Counted from the stretch's first letter, positions 1 to 10,065 are shown. The stretch: DNA of 32,000 nt from Thermofilum adornatum (GCF_000446015.1 NC_022093.1:480001-512000); one strand, 5' to 3'. Notes: generated from the letters alone by a model not told the origin. Made by a program: numbers and translations.

Positions 1-2553
1 GAGTTTATAGAGAAAATTTTGGATAAGCTTGGTGGAATAGGGGTTTCGCCTGACAGCTTCGGCAAACAGCGTCTCGGCGTCATAACGGGCTTTATGCTGG
101 TTAGAGATGAGAACGTGCACGATGCCATAAGTGAACTTGTAAATGCTGGGATAATTGTTAGACGTGCAAGAGTCTCACCCGAGCACCACATAGTCATCAT
201 GATTTACAGCGTCAACAAGAGCCAAGAGGTAGATGCAGTAAAGAAAAAATACTCTTTAGGCATACAGTTACCGCAGTGGTTCTTTGAGCCCCTAGAAACG
301 GCAAAGAGAAGGGCCGAGGAAGAAAAAACCAGGATCAAAAAAGAGATAATAGAGACGCTCGTAGAGATTGCTGGTGTCCTAAGAGACGCCTTTGAATTTG
401 AAAGAGCCACTAGGATAGAAATTATCTCTAACACCTTGAAGGCAATAGAAAACGCTGAAAAGAACATCCAAGAACTAGAGAGACTCTTCACTGAACTCAT
501 GGCTTTTAACATCGTGCACGGGATCTGTAGAAAGAGAATCACTGTTTTCGAAGAAATCGGCCTTAAAAAACCAGTATGTGAGCTTTTAAGAAACATACTC
601 AATAACGAAAAGGTTACACGTCAACAGTTCAGGAGAGTGCTGGCTCATATCTTTTCCCAGGAGGAACTAGACGAAATCGAAAACGAATATACAAGGCTTC
701 TCTCTCTACAAAGCCTGTATAAAGCCTTGGGGACACTAAAATTAGAAGAATTAGCCGAGAAAAGCGTTTACATTGTGGCATCAGGAGGACAAAGACTAGA
801 AGAAGTAGAGCGCCCAGAATACATTGTGAGTTATGGGTACAAGACTATAAACAAGTTTGCTGACGAAGACATGCGTATCTACATCTTCTCAGTCCCGGAG
901 GAAACCTCGTCAGCTTTAGTCAATTATTTGAAGGACAGACTGAGGGCACAAGTAATTGTTGTAACTAGAGACAGCCAAGCTTTTAACAATACTCAGGAAC
1001 AGCTTGCTAGAAGCCTAGAAACTGTAAAAAACAGTCTTTTGACAACTATAGTCTCAAGGAGCATCTTTAAAACAGGTACAAAGCCTGAAAGGATCCTCTC
1101 AATACTTAACAATGAGGAGCTGAAAAAAGCCTACAGCTACATATCCCAGCTTAAAAGTGGTGTTCCACAGAGGGGGCTACCAGAGGGAGACATATATTCA
1201 TATCTAAAGTCTCTAACAGGGCTCGCAGATGAGACTTCCGAGGAGATAAGCCATGTGCGCGAGGAAATAGAGTTTGTAAAAGAGGTTCCATGTGAAAACG
1301 TTACGGAGAGACTCAGAAACATTGAAAAATCCCTCGTAGATGTCTCGAGCAAGCTTGTCGAGCTACTTTCATACAAATCCGTCGTTGAAACAATGTTTAG
1401 GGCACAGCCACTCTTGAGTGAGATCAGGGTCTTCAGAAGCAGGAGAATCACGGTCATAGAGGGGTATGTCCCAGTAAAATATGTCCCACTGCTAGAACAA
1501 ACACTAAAAAGCAAGGTGCCGAGACTCTTGTACTTTAAGTACTTCGAAATCCCGAGGACAGCCACTGCTCCTACCTATGTCGAAAGAAAAGGCTTGAAGA
1601 AATACTTGTACACGCTTACGTCGATGAGGGGTACACCAGCCTACTGGGAGTTAGACCCAACACTCATCTTTACAGGGCTATTCATAGTCATGTATGGAAT
1701 GATGTTCGGCGATATTGGACACGGACTAGTACTCTCGCTGTTCGGAGCATTCATGTGGAAAACGAAATACAGGCTGTTGGGAATAACAAGGGAGGGAGCA
1801 GCCACACTAGGGGTTCTCTCACTGCTAGCAGGACTTGCGAGCATGATTTTCGGCTACATATACGGAACCATGTTTTTCTTGGTGCCGCTCGGCAAACCCA
1901 TTATTGCGCCTATACATGACGTTTACGGCATAATAGCTGTAGCTCTATGGTTCGGAGTTGCACAGCTAATACTGGCATTCATACTGAACATGGTAAACCT
2001 GTGGATATATGGAGACAGGCTTGGAGCCTTGTTCAGTGGCATGGGCGGCGCTGGGCTCGCCTTCTACGGTTCAGGAGTAGTAATCGCGTATAGGCTGGCC
2101 ACCTCTGGCTTCAATCTAGCCATCCTGTCATCGTCCGAATTAGCCCCGTTCATCTCGGTTCTAGTTATAGCTTTGCTCAGCGTAGTGGGCTACGGCATGT
2201 TCGAGGCCTTGCACCGTGGAGAAAAAGAGAAATTTATGCACGCAATCAGCGAAGTCATAGAAATGATTATTGCATTCCCAGCTAACTCGTTGTCATATAT
2301 ACGGCTAGCCGCATTTGCAATGGCACACGAGGCCTTCGGGATACTCGCAGAAAACATGGCCGGCTTTACTGGGCCCATAGCTAGCTACCTTGTGGCAAAC
2401 TTTTTAGTACTAGGAATAGAGGGGCTGGCCGTCGGCATACAGGCTATGAGACTTACATACTACGAATTCTCCACAAAGTTCTTCAAGGGCACAGGGATAA
2501 AGTTCGAGCCCGTTGCTACTCCGATATCAAGCATAGAGAAGACAAAAGCATAA
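1..2553 (+). CDS. atpI: A/V-type ATP synthase subunit I (stator/proton-channel subunit); 5' end probably runs off the window
   Basis: Frame 1 is open from nt 1; the track begins it at a TTG at 19. The C-terminal ~300 aa are multi-pass membrane, with the subunit I/a hallmark segment SYIRLAAFAMAHEAF (conserved Arg) and the PAYWELDPT junction before the first TM helix. The N-terminal part is alpha/beta lobes plus coiled coil. The c-ring gene follows immediately. Confidence 0.85.
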   Translation, partial: EFIEKILDKLGGIGVSPDSFGKQRLGVITGFMLVRDENVHDAISELVNAGIIVRRARVSPEHHIVIMIYSVNKSQEVDAVKKKYSLGIQLPQWFFEPLETAKRRAEEEKTRIKKEIIETLVEIAGVLRDAFEFERATRIEIISNTLKAIENAEKNIQELERLFTELMAFNIVHGICRKRITVFEEIGLKKPVCELLRNILNNEKVTRQQFRRVLAHIFSQEELDEIENEYTRLLSLQSLYKALGTLKLEELAEKSVYIVASGGQRLEEVERPEYIVSYGYKTINKFADEDMRIYIFSVPEETSSALVNYLKDRLRAQVIVVTRDSQAFNNTQEQLARSLETVKNSLLTTIVSRSIFKTGTKPERILSILNNEELKKAYSYISQLKSGVPQRGLPEGDIYSYLKSLTGLADETSEEISHVREEIEFVKEVPCENVTERLRNIEKSLVDVSSKLVELLSYKSVVETMFRAQPLLSEIRVFRSRRITVIEGYVPVKYVPLLEQTLKSKVPRLLYFKYFEIPRTATAPTYVERKGLKKYLYTLTSMRGTPAYWELDPTLIFTGLFIVMYGMMFGDIGHGLVLSLFGAFMWKTKYRLLGITREGAATLGVLSLLAGLASMIFGYIYGTMFFLVPLGKPIIAPIHDVYGIIAVALWFGVAQLILAFILNMVNLWIYGDRLGALFSGMGGAGLAFYGSGVVIAYRLATSGFNLAILSSSELAPFISVLVIALLSVVGYGMFEALHRGEKEKFMHAISEVIEMIIAFPANSLSYIRLAAFAMAHEAFGILAENMAGFTGPIASYLVANFLVLGIEGLAVGIQAMRLTYYEFSTKFFKGTGIKFEPVATPISSIEKTKA

Positions 2554-2615
2554 GTAGTTAAAAGAATAATATTCAATAACATTTTTATACTCTTTTTCAA
2601 GATATCTTTTTTTGT

Positions 2616-2972
2616 ATGAAGCACAAGAAAATAGCATACCTGTTACTGATGGCCAACATAGTCATCATGGTGCTAGGGCTAAGCGTCCTTGCCCATGCAA
2701 CCTCGAAAATAGGCACCGTAAATCTCCAAGTACAAGAGACAACTAAAAGGCTAGAGCTTCCAGACGCAATAGCCCTATTGGCTGGAGCAATCGCTGTTGT
2801 TGGCTCAACCTTTGCTTCGGGTATAGCACTAAAAGGCGTAGCTACAGCAGGCTTCGCAGCAGCTGCAGAAAAACCCGAGCTGTCCACGTGGCTGCTGATC
2901 ATGGGCGGTCTAGCAGAAGGTATCGCGGTCTATGGACTGCTACTAGGAATACTGATACTTGGAAAGATATAA
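2616..2972 (+). CDS. atpK: A/V-type ATP synthase subunit K (proteolipid c subunit) with an extra N-terminal hydrophobic segment
   Basis: Gly/Ala-rich helical hairpin AGAIAVVGSTFASGIALKGVATAGFAAAAEKPE...LIMGGLAEGIAVYGLLLGILIL, with the ion-binding Glu in helix 2. Sits directly after atpI. Confidence 0.85.
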   Translation: MKHKKIAYLLLMANIVIMVLGLSVLAHATSKIGTVNLQVQETTKRLELPDAIALLAGAIAVVGSTFASGIALKGVATAGFAAAAEKPELSTWLLIMGGLAEGIAVYGLLLGILILGKI

Positions 2973-2979
2973 AAGAAGA

Positions 2980-3864
2980 TTACTCGAGAAAGATCAAATT
3001 TCGAATTATTATTTCTCCCGGCAGGCCAATTGTTTTGCCCAGCAGTATTTTTTCGAGGTTCTGGGCTTCTAGCTTGGCGTAAAAGTTGTATGCATAGACG
3101 AATGGAATGGTTGTGAAATGTCTAGTCTCTATTCTAGTTATTATTTTTCTCATTATTGTTTCATGTATAGTCTTTAAGAGGTCAGTTGTTGATTCCTCTT
3201 TTAATGTTATTTCTGCTGGTTTAGCGTCTAGGCCTGAGTATTTAGCTAAGTTTTCCACTGTTTGTGGCTTTAGAACTCTTATCCAGTAAGCTAGGTGTAG
3301 ACTTGCCTCGCTTTTTATGGCTTCTTTTAGCTCGCTTTTCTCCTCCTTATCTATTCTTACAGCATCTAGCTGTTTCATGAGGTAGGCATAGTACTGGAAG
3401 TCGAGAAATGCTTCTCTCTCTGCTACCAAGCCCGTAGTAAAGTTGGGGACATTGGTTGTCAGCAGGTAGCTTTCTCTGAGTACCTCCCATATAGAGGACT
3501 CTGTTTTTAGGTTTGATATCTTTGCTGGGCCAATGTGCCTCCCGTAGGGGTAGTATATGACTGGCCTTGCGTAGCCGAGTATGTGTCTTAGCTGTATCTT
3601 TATGTTTTCAATTTCAAGCCTGTCTAAGAGCGCATAGATGAATGGCGAATATTCTTGTGACGCTTTTGCCAGGAGGCTTATGCGTGAAACGTATACCCGG
3701 TATATTTTTTCTAGTTTTTCTTCTAGTGTATCCTTCTCGCCAATCAACGAGTAGTCTTTGAAGGCGCCTACATCTTTGTCTCCATTTACTATTTGTTCGT
3801 AATCGTTCCTGGTTAGGAGCCTGGATTTTAAGCCGTGGGCCCTTACAGCAATATAGTTTTCCAT
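2980..3864 (-). CDS. atpC: A/V-type ATP synthase subunit C (V-ATPase d-type)
   Basis: The N-terminus YIAVRAHGLKSRLLTRNDY is typical of the C/d family. All-helical, 294 aa. Its start overlaps the atpD stop by 1 nt (TAATG), and it is the last gene of the A-B-D-C unit. Confidence 0.7.
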   Translation of the reverse strand: MENYIAVRAHGLKSRLLTRNDYEQIVNGDKDVGAFKDYSLIGEKDTLEEKLEKIYRVYVSRISLLAKASQEYSPFIYALLDRLEIENIKIQLRHILGYARPVIYYPYGRHIGPAKISNLKTESSIWEVLRESYLLTTNVPNFTTGLVAEREAFLDFQYYAYLMKQLDAVRIDKEEKSELKEAIKSEASLHLAYWIRVLKPQTVENLAKYSGLDAKPAEITLKEESTTDLLKTIHETIMRKIITRIETRHFTTIPFVYAYNFYAKLEAQNLEKILLGKTIGLPGEIIIRNLIFLE

Positions 3865-4466
3865 TACTTGCCACCTAGGATTTTTACACGTACGAAGTCT
3901 TCTAGCTCCTCGTCTACTACTTTTTCTTCGACCCTTCTTAGTGCTGACTCGAGCTGTGGGATGACGTTTTTCTCGAGGCTGTTCACGACTCTGTTTATGT
4001 AGAGTAGCTGGTCGCTTATCTTCTCTACTGCTACCTCCTTGTTAGCTACATCGATCATTGTCTTGACGGCGTTCCACAGGTTCTCGATAACTCTCCGGTA
4101 ATCGGGATCTGCTAGCCTCGTCCAGTCGGGCTCCTCTGTTATCCTTATCTGGGGGACTGGTATGCCTTGGTAGCTGACTATTATGTGTGTGAGTTTAGGC
4201 GGCCTTACCAGTGATGACATTGATCTAAACTCGTGTTCGCCCCTGGCCATACGCATTATGGCGGCGTACCTTGCAGCCTCTATGAATTGTTTCTCTGCCT
4301 CCGGCCGCTTCCTCAACTCGTCCATAATTGCTAGAACTTCTTTGGCGAGCTGGTCGCGCCTCATCTGCAGGACGTCTTTACCCCTCTTTACGAGCTCAAG
4401 CTTTCTTCGTAGATACTGTAGTGTGCCCCTCGAGGCCGGGAGAAAGGCTAATTCTTGTAGGGCCAT
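3864..4466 (-). CDS. atpD: A/V-type ATP synthase subunit D (central stalk)
   Basis: Motif ASRGTLQYLRRKLELVKRGKDVLQMRRDQL plus a long coiled coil. I prefer the ATG at 4466 (MALQEL...), 8 nt after the atpB stop. The track ORF extends to 4565 but that part overlaps atpB. Confidence 0.8.
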   Translation of the reverse strand: MALQELAFLPASRGTLQYLRRKLELVKRGKDVLQMRRDQLAKEVLAIMDELRKRPEAEKQFIEAARYAAIMRMARGEHEFRSMSSLVRPPKLTHIIVSYQGIPVPQIRITEEPDWTRLADPDYRRVIENLWNAVKTMIDVANKEVAVEKISDQLLYINRVVNSLEKNVIPQLESALRRVEEKVVDEELEDFVRVKILGGK

Positions 4467-4474
4467 AGTCTTCC

Positions 4475-5890
4475 CTAGCTCCTGTACTTTGGATGATATT
4501 TTTCGATAATTTTTTGCGGAATCCTTACTAGTTCTTCTTCTGGGAGTATTGAGAGGACTTGCCATCCAATGTCGAGTGTTTCCTCGATTGTCCTGTTCTC
4601 GTAGAAGCCCTGGTTGACAAACTTGTTTTCGAATTCTTCTGCAAACTTTAGGAAGCGCCTGTTTCTCTCGCTTAGTCCAACCTCGCCTATAATCCTGGCT
4701 AGGTCTCTTGCCTTCACGCCCCTTGAGTAGGCGTCGTAGAGCTGGTCGGCGAGGTAGCGGTGGTCTTCACGTGTCTTTCCGGGTCCTATTCCTGACTTCA
4801 TTATCCTGCTCAGGCTTGGCAGAACATTGATTGGCGGGTAGATTCCTTGTGCATACATTTCTTGTGCCAAGAAGATTTGTCCCTCAGTTATGTATCCCGT
4901 TAGGTCGGGGATTGGGTGCCTGAGGTCGCCGCCTGGCATTGTTAGTATTGGGAAGAGAGTGACTGTCCCTTTCTTGCCTTTTATCACGCCTGCCCTTTCA
5001 TACAGCGTGGCGAGGTCGCTGTATAGGTATCCTGGGTAACCCAGACGTCCTGGGATTTCTCCTCTGGCGGAGCTTACTTCGCGGAGGGCTTCACAGTAGT
5101 TTGTCATGTCAGTCATGATTACTAGGACATGCATGTCTAGGTCGAATGCTAGGTATTCTGCGACGGTCAGGGCTATCCTGGGGGTCCATAGCCTTTCTAC
5201 TGCTGGGTCGTCAGCCATGTTTAATATTGCGACTAGTCTCTCTATTGCTCCTGTTTCCCTGAACTGCTCTAGGAAGAATTCTGCCTCTGTTTTCCTTAGA
5301 CCTATACCTGCGAATACAACTGCGAACTGTTCTCCTTCGCCTCTAACTGTTGCCTGTCGGGCTACCTGTGCGGCTAGGAGGTTGTGGGGTAGCCCTGAGA
5401 CGCTGAATATTGGAAGCTTTTGTCCTCTGATCAAGCTGAAGAGCCCGTCTATGGCTGAGACACCTGTCTGGATAAAGTCTTTGGGGTATTCCCTTGACAC
5501 AGGGTTTATTGGCTCGCCAGTGATTTCTCTGAGCTCGCCCGTGACTATTGGAGGCAACCCGTCGCGTGGCTCGAAGCGTCCGTTGAATATTCTGCCGATT
5601 ACGTCCTCTGAGACCCTTATTTTGAATGTTGAGCCCGTAAACTTGAGGACGGTGTCTGTGTCGAGGCCTTCTCTGTCGCCGAGAACTTGTACGGTCGCTT
5701 GTCCTATTTTTGTCTCGAGTACGCTGCCAAATCTCTCGCGGGCGTCTTTACCGAAGATCCTGACAACCTCGTTGTATGCGGCGTCCTCGATGCCGTCGAC
5801 GATAAGGAGGTTGCCTCTGATCTCTCGTACTCCTCTGTATATTCTTCCTGGATACAGCTGTATCAATTTCTGGAGCATTGTTTCTGCCAT
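4475..5890 (-). CDS. atpB: A/V-type ATP synthase subunit B (regulatory)
   Basis: Motifs [53 protein letters not shown]. Start overlaps the atpA stop by 1 nt. Confidence 0.95.
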   Translation of the reverse strand: MAETMLQKLIQLYPGRIYRGVREIRGNLLIVDGIEDAAYNEVVRIFGKDARERFGSVLETKIGQATVQVLGDREGLDTDTVLKFTGSTFKIRVSEDVIGRIFNGRFEPRDGLPPIVTGELREITGEPINPVSREYPKDFIQTGVSAIDGLFSLIRGQKLPIFSVSGLPHNLLAAQVARQATVRGEGEQFAVVFAGIGLRKTEAEFFLEQFRETGAIERLVAILNMADDPAVERLWTPRIALTVAEYLAFDLDMHVLVIMTDMTNYCEALREVSSARGEIPGRLGYPGYLYSDLATLYERAGVIKGKKGTVTLFPILTMPGGDLRHPIPDLTGYITEGQIFLAQEMYAQGIYPPINVLPSLSRIMKSGIGPGKTREDHRYLADQLYDAYSRGVKARDLARIIGEVGLSERNRRFLKFAEEFENKFVNQGFYENRTIEETLDIGWQVLSILPEEELVRIPQKIIEKYHPKYRS

Positions 5891-7701
5891 CAGGCTACCA
5901 CCTCTTTAGCTGTAACGCCTATCGTTACGCCGTGTCTTTTAGCTATCTCGTCCAGCTTGGACATGACCCTGTCATACAGCTCCTTCACGGCTGCGAGCCC
6001 TCTCTCGTCTTCTTTTACTCGCATCATCTCGTATATTTCTGGCAACTTGGATATTTCCTCGATTGATACACGTCTCCTGATGAGTTCATATGACTTGTCG
6101 AAGAAGTCCATCATGAGCTTGAGGAGCCAGTACTGTTTCTCTGGTTTGCAGAAGACGTCTTCGCCGCTGAGGGCTGTCTGCCTCAAGAATCCCTCCTTTA
6201 TTATTTCGGAGGTCAAGAGTATTAGGCGCTGGTCGTCTGGCAGTGCTCCTTCACCCACGACGGAGGCTATTGCCTCTATCTCGCTTGCAACGGTTAAGAG
6301 CCTGAGGGCTTTCTTCCTGTACTTTGGAAATTCTGGAGAGACGTTCTTCACCCACCACTTTTCAACGATGTCTGCGTACTGGCTGAAGCTTTTAAGCCAG
6401 TTTATTGCTGGGAAGTGGCGCCTGTATGCCAGGTCCGTGTCTAGTGCCCACATTGTTCCTACGAATCTCAGGGTGTGTATTGTTACTGGCTCGTTGTAGT
6501 CTCCTCCAGGAGGCGAAACAGCGCCTAGGACTGTAACTGACCCGCTTCTTTCTGGTTGCCCCAGCGCCAATACGCGGCCTCCTCGCTCATAGAACTCTGC
6601 TATTTTGTCTGGAAGGTAGGCTGGGTATCCCCTTTCTACAGGCAGTTCTCCAAGCCTGCCGGCTATTTCTCTGAGTGCCTCTGCCCATCTGCTGGTTGAG
6701 TCGGCTATCAGCGTTACGTCGTAGCCCTGGTCCCTATAATATTCAGCAATAGTTACGCCCATATAGATTGAGGCCTCCCTTGCGGATACAGGCATGTTGG
6801 ATGTATTCGCGATGACAATGCTCCTCTCGATAATTGGACGACCTGATTTGGGGTCCGTTAGCTCTGGAAACTCCTTCAACATTTCCGCAATCTCGTTGCC
6901 ACGCTCGCCGCAACCAATATAGACAACTATCTGTGAATCGCTGTACATCGAGACCTTGTGCAGTGTTACTGTTTTACCGGTTCCGAATCCTCCGGGGATA
7001 GCTCCTGCTCCGCCTTTAGCTATTGGGAAAAACGTGTCTATGATTCTTTGCCCAATCAAAAGGGGAACCTCGCTGGTAAGCCTTTCCTTGTAGGGGCGTG
7101 CCTGCCTGACTGGCCACTCTTGCTTCATTGTTAGTTCTTGTCTTTTACCGTTGTTTTCAATTACGAGGACGGGGTCTTCGACTGTGTAGTCTCCTTCTGG
7201 GACAACTTCCACCACTGTTCCGCTGACGCCTATTGGCACCATTATGCGGTGTTCGACGAGTGGTGTCTCTGGGACGACACCTATTATGTCTCCACTTGAA
7301 ACCTTTGTCCCTTTCTCTACCTTAGGGACAAAGTGCCATTTCTTGTTCCTGGGTAAGGGATTAACCTTGACACCCCTCTTTATAAATGGGCCTACAAGTT
7401 CCTCTATGTTTTTAAGCGGCCTCTGTATACCGTCAAATGTTTGTGCCATTAGTCCTGGACCAAGCTCTGCGACAAGGAGTTTACCCGTGGCTATTACTGG
7501 CTCTTTTGGCTTGACACCGCTTGTGTCCTCGTATACCTGTACAGCGAAAGAGTCCTGCATTACTCTTACTACTTCTCCGAGGAGCTCCTCGTTTCCTACG
7601 TAGACGACTTCTCCCATCTTTATGTCGGGAATCCCCTTAGCTATTACGACGGGGCCCGAGATGCTGGCAATATACCCCTTTCTATTGCTAGACATCATCA
7701 A
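5890..7701 (-). CDS. atpA: A/V-type ATP synthase subunit A (catalytic)
   Basis: Motifs [16 protein letters not shown], Walker [39 protein letters not shown]. 603 aa with no intein-sized insertion. Confidence 0.95.
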   Translation of the reverse strand: MMMSSNRKGYIASISGPVVIAKGIPDIKMGEVVYVGNEELLGEVVRVMQDSFAVQVYEDTSGVKPKEPVIATGKLLVAELGPGLMAQTFDGIQRPLKNIEELVGPFIKRGVKVNPLPRNKKWHFVPKVEKGTKVSSGDIIGVVPETPLVEHRIMVPIGVSGTVVEVVPEGDYTVEDPVLVIENNGKRQELTMKQEWPVRQARPYKERLTSEVPLLIGQRIIDTFFPIAKGGAGAIPGGFGTGKTVTLHKVSMYSDSQIVVYIGCGERGNEIAEMLKEFPELTDPKSGRPIIERSIVIANTSNMPVSAREASIYMGVTIAEYYRDQGYDVTLIADSTSRWAEALREIAGRLGELPVERGYPAYLPDKIAEFYERGGRVLALGQPERSGSVTVLGAVSPPGGDYNEPVTIHTLRFVGTMWALDTDLAYRRHFPAINWLKSFSQYADIVEKWWVKNVSPEFPKYRKKALRLLTVASEIEAIASVVGEGALPDDQRLILLTSEIIKEGFLRQTALSGEDVFCKPEKQYWLLKLMMDFFDKSYELIRRRVSIEEISKLPEIYEMMRVKEDERGLAAVKELYDRVMSKLDEIAKRHGVTIGVTAKEVVA

Positions 7702-7768
7702 TCCCTATTTTCTAGTTTATGACAAGATTAGAAACAAAGGTTATTATTATTTATTTTTGTATAAGTCC

Positions 7769-8881
7769 ATGGCCGTCGTGGATATGGTGCTCAAACAGAG
7801 AAAACGAACTGCAATATATATAGGTGTCATCGTTCTCGGCTTATCAATTTCTATTGTAGGTGCAGCCCCAATAGGCTCAAATACGTACATTATAAAGACA
7901 AGCTACATAGTAAATGGTGGATCAGGACAACTGCCGCTTGAAGTTTTCTCCCATAATCTTCACCTTGTCCCGTCACTGCAAGGCTTCCAAGAAAGAGTCT
8001 CTGCAAAGCTCTACGTAGATTCTCGAGAAGTAAATTTCTCCATCGGGATAGACGAAGAGGGAAACGAGTACCCATTTGTGAGCCTAAGCTATGCAGGCCG
8101 CCTCAACATAACGCTCGTACAAAGAGTCGTCGTTTATCCGGCCTCTGCCCGGGGCTTCTTTAAAACTGCCGACAACTTGCCCTGGCCTCTACGTCCCGAG
8201 GATGAACTCCCTAGGAACGGTTTTTGGCGTTGCAACGGGACAAAGATTAACCTACCCTACCTAGAAAATGTTTCTAAAACACTGTCCATGCAGTCTGCGT
8301 CACCCATTGAATACGCGGAGAAAATTGTTTCCTGGCTGAAAAACAGGGGTGTTAAATACGACAACAGTTTCGGCGGGGTTGTTTGTCCCTCGCGTTTCCT
8401 CGAGCAGGCTAGTGGGGCGTGCGGCGACTATGCCAGCTTTATAGCCGCGCTCTTCAAGATTAGAGGAGTCAAATCCTATGTATTTTATGCCCTGGTGTAT
8501 GATGCAAAAGCTCTTGTAACCTCTAACTCGACAAATTACTCGTTTGTAACGAGGGGTGCCTATCCACACATGTTTACAGTGATAGATATCGATGGCAAAA
8601 GAGTACCTATAGACGCGACCGCGAACACTGGGGATCCAATAAAGGGGGCTTCTGCGGTAGCCCTCGACAATGTAGTTATTCTCTACAAGGTTATGAATAG
8701 AGACCCGAATGACTACCTGATACTATATGCCCCAAACAATGATGCCAAGGTATCACTGATAGTAGAGATTATACAGGCAAACACGTCGACTCCCATGCTG
8801 GACACCGAGATTCTGCTGGGACTCCTGGCAATAGCACTAGTCCTAATAAGTAAAAGATGGGACACAGTCGAAGAGGATTAA
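7769..8881 (+). CDS. Membrane-anchored extracellular transglutaminase-like (Cys-His-Asp) protein
   Basis: Candidate catalytic Cys in GACGDYASFIAALF, followed by YPHMFTVIDIDGKRVPIDAT (His...Asp). N-terminal TM/signal anchor (TAIYIGVIVLGLSISIVGAAP) and a C-terminal TM helix. Six N-x-S/T sequons (NIT, NGT, NVS, NST, NYS, NTS). I prefer the ATG at 7769, because the track start at 7622 overlaps atpA. Confidence 0.65.
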   Translation: MAVVDMVLKQRKRTAIYIGVIVLGLSISIVGAAPIGSNTYIIKTSYIVNGGSGQLPLEVFSHNLHLVPSLQGFQERVSAKLYVDSREVNFSIGIDEEGNEYPFVSLSYAGRLNITLVQRVVVYPASARGFFKTADNLPWPLRPEDELPRNGFWRCNGTKINLPYLENVSKTLSMQSASPIEYAEKIVSWLKNRGVKYDNSFGGVVCPSRFLEQASGACGDYASFIAALFKIRGVKSYVFYALVYDAKALVTSNSTNYSFVTRGAYPHMFTVIDIDGKRVPIDATANTGDPIKGASAVALDNVVILYKVMNRDPNDYLILYAPNNDAKVSLIVEIIQANTSTPMLDTEILLGLLAIALVLISKRWDTVEED

Positions 8882-8891
8882 TGCTTGCTTC

Positions 8892-9551
8892 TCATCGGAG
8901 ATATTTTCCACAGTATGGGCATATAATGTGGAGGTCGCCATAGGGCAACTCGCGTCCACAGTGGGGGCAACGTTTTATACTGTCTTGACCAGCTTCGAGA
9001 ATTTGTTCTTGTTTAGGCTCCACTGGAACCACAACCTGAACCGGTTCCTGTCTCACGGGTTGCATAGGTGCCCGTCTAGGCTGTTCAATGAGTGGTTGTT
9101 CAACTGGTGGTGCCTCGTATTTTCTTTGCGGTGTAGTGGGAGGAGGCCGCACTACTACTGGAGACGGCTGAACTAGTGGAGCGGCCTGGAGGGGTGCCTG
9201 CGGCTGCTGGATAATTGTTTCTTTGGTGGGCGTCTTGTAGAGGACTTCATAGACTTGCTTGAGTTTTAAGGTGTATGCCCTGACTGTTCTGTCAATTACT
9301 AGATAGGTGGAGACAAGAGCAACGGGAATCTCGGCGCCGATTGAAGCTAGGAGAAAAAGTATGTTCTGTCCTAGAAACAAGTATACAAGTATTCCAGAAA
9401 TCAGTACAGAGCCAGTCACGCCTAGGGAAATATAGAGATATATTTTTGCTTCTTCACGTAGTTTCTCTGGTGACAACTCTGGTCTGATCTTAGCTGGATT
9501 TGGTTCTCGAGGGTTTTGCTTGGAGTTTCTCGCGGGTATTTTTAAAGGCAA
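8892..9551 (-). CDS. Hypothetical membrane protein: two TM helices, P/Q-rich linker, C-terminal zinc ribbon
   Basis: TM segments IYLYISLGVTGSVLISGILVYLFL and ILFLLASIGAEIPVALVSTYLVI. A roughly 80-aa Pro/Gln/Val-rich low-complexity stretch. C-terminal CPHCG-x13-CPYCG. The only start candidate is the TTG at 9551, so the start is uncertain. Confidence 0.5.
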   Translation of the reverse strand: MPLKIPARNSKQNPREPNPAKIRPELSPEKLREEAKIYLYISLGVTGSVLISGILVYLFLGQNILFLLASIGAEIPVALVSTYLVIDRTVRAYTLKLKQVYEVLYKTPTKETIIQQPQAPLQAAPLVQPSPVVVRPPPTTPQRKYEAPPVEQPLIEQPRRAPMQPVRQEPVQVVVPVEPKQEQILEAGQDSIKRCPHCGRELPYGDLHIICPYCGKYLR

Positions 9552-9611
9552 ATTCTAGCACCAAAAATCCATGGTGTTTTCAATATTTGTTGTTATCGTT
9601 TCTTGCAATGA

Positions 9612-9959
9612 TTATGCTTCTTGTTGTGGCATCACGAGTTTTTTGACTACGGCTTTTTCCTCATCTATTTCCAGGTCCGCTATGTCGCTCTTACGTAAGA
9701 GATCTAACACGTCTTGGGTATTGCTCGAGATTCTTGGGTTAGAGACTTTAACCTCGAGACCCAGAGACTTTACGAGCTCCTGTAAAGTATACGTGATGTC
9801 TCTGACTTGGCTTCTGACTTCGACAAGTGAGTCTTCGGCCTGGGAGAGTAGCTTTAAAACCCTCATGAGAACCTTTTTGCTGTCGTCTGGTATCTGTTCG
9901 TTTATAACGAGGTCTTCTATAAGTTGCATTGCTTCCCCAATATAGTTCCTCATACTCAT
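9612..9959 (-). CDS. Hypothetical small acidic helical protein
   Basis: ORF with helical heptad-like sequence; no family recognised. The track start at 9998 is a GTG. ATGs at 9959 and 9953 sit about 25-30 nt downstream of an AT-rich TATA-like element, so I prefer those. Confidence 0.4.
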   Translation of the reverse strand: MSMRNYIGEAMQLIEDLVINEQIPDDSKKVLMRVLKLLSQAEDSLVEVRSQVRDITYTLQELVKSLGLEVKVSNPRISSNTQDVLDLLRKSDIADLEIDEEKAVVKKLVMPQQEA

Positions 9960-10065
9960 AGCATACAATAATTGGAAGACCCAAGATTTATCTGGCACGA
10001 TCCATAAATCTTGTAAATATAGGGGTAATACTTTCTTCCTACAACGTAATGTCTAGTAGCTGTTG

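Noticed and set aside
4467-4565. N-terminal 33-codon extension of the atpD ORF
   Set aside because: It overlaps the atpB 3' end. The ATG at 4466 gives the conserved subunit D N-terminus and normal operon spacing.
5106-6499. Two long + strand ORFs (267 and 270 aa) antisense to atpB and atpA
   Set aside because: Both lie entirely inside strongly supported ATPase genes. Their translations are low-complexity and Ser/Leu-rich with no motifs. This is the typical antisense shadow of a highly constrained gene.
7622-7768. N-terminal 49-codon extension of the transglutaminase-like ORF
   Set aside because: It overlaps the atpA 5' end and the intergenic promoter. The ATG at 7769 is followed by a proper signal-anchor sequence.
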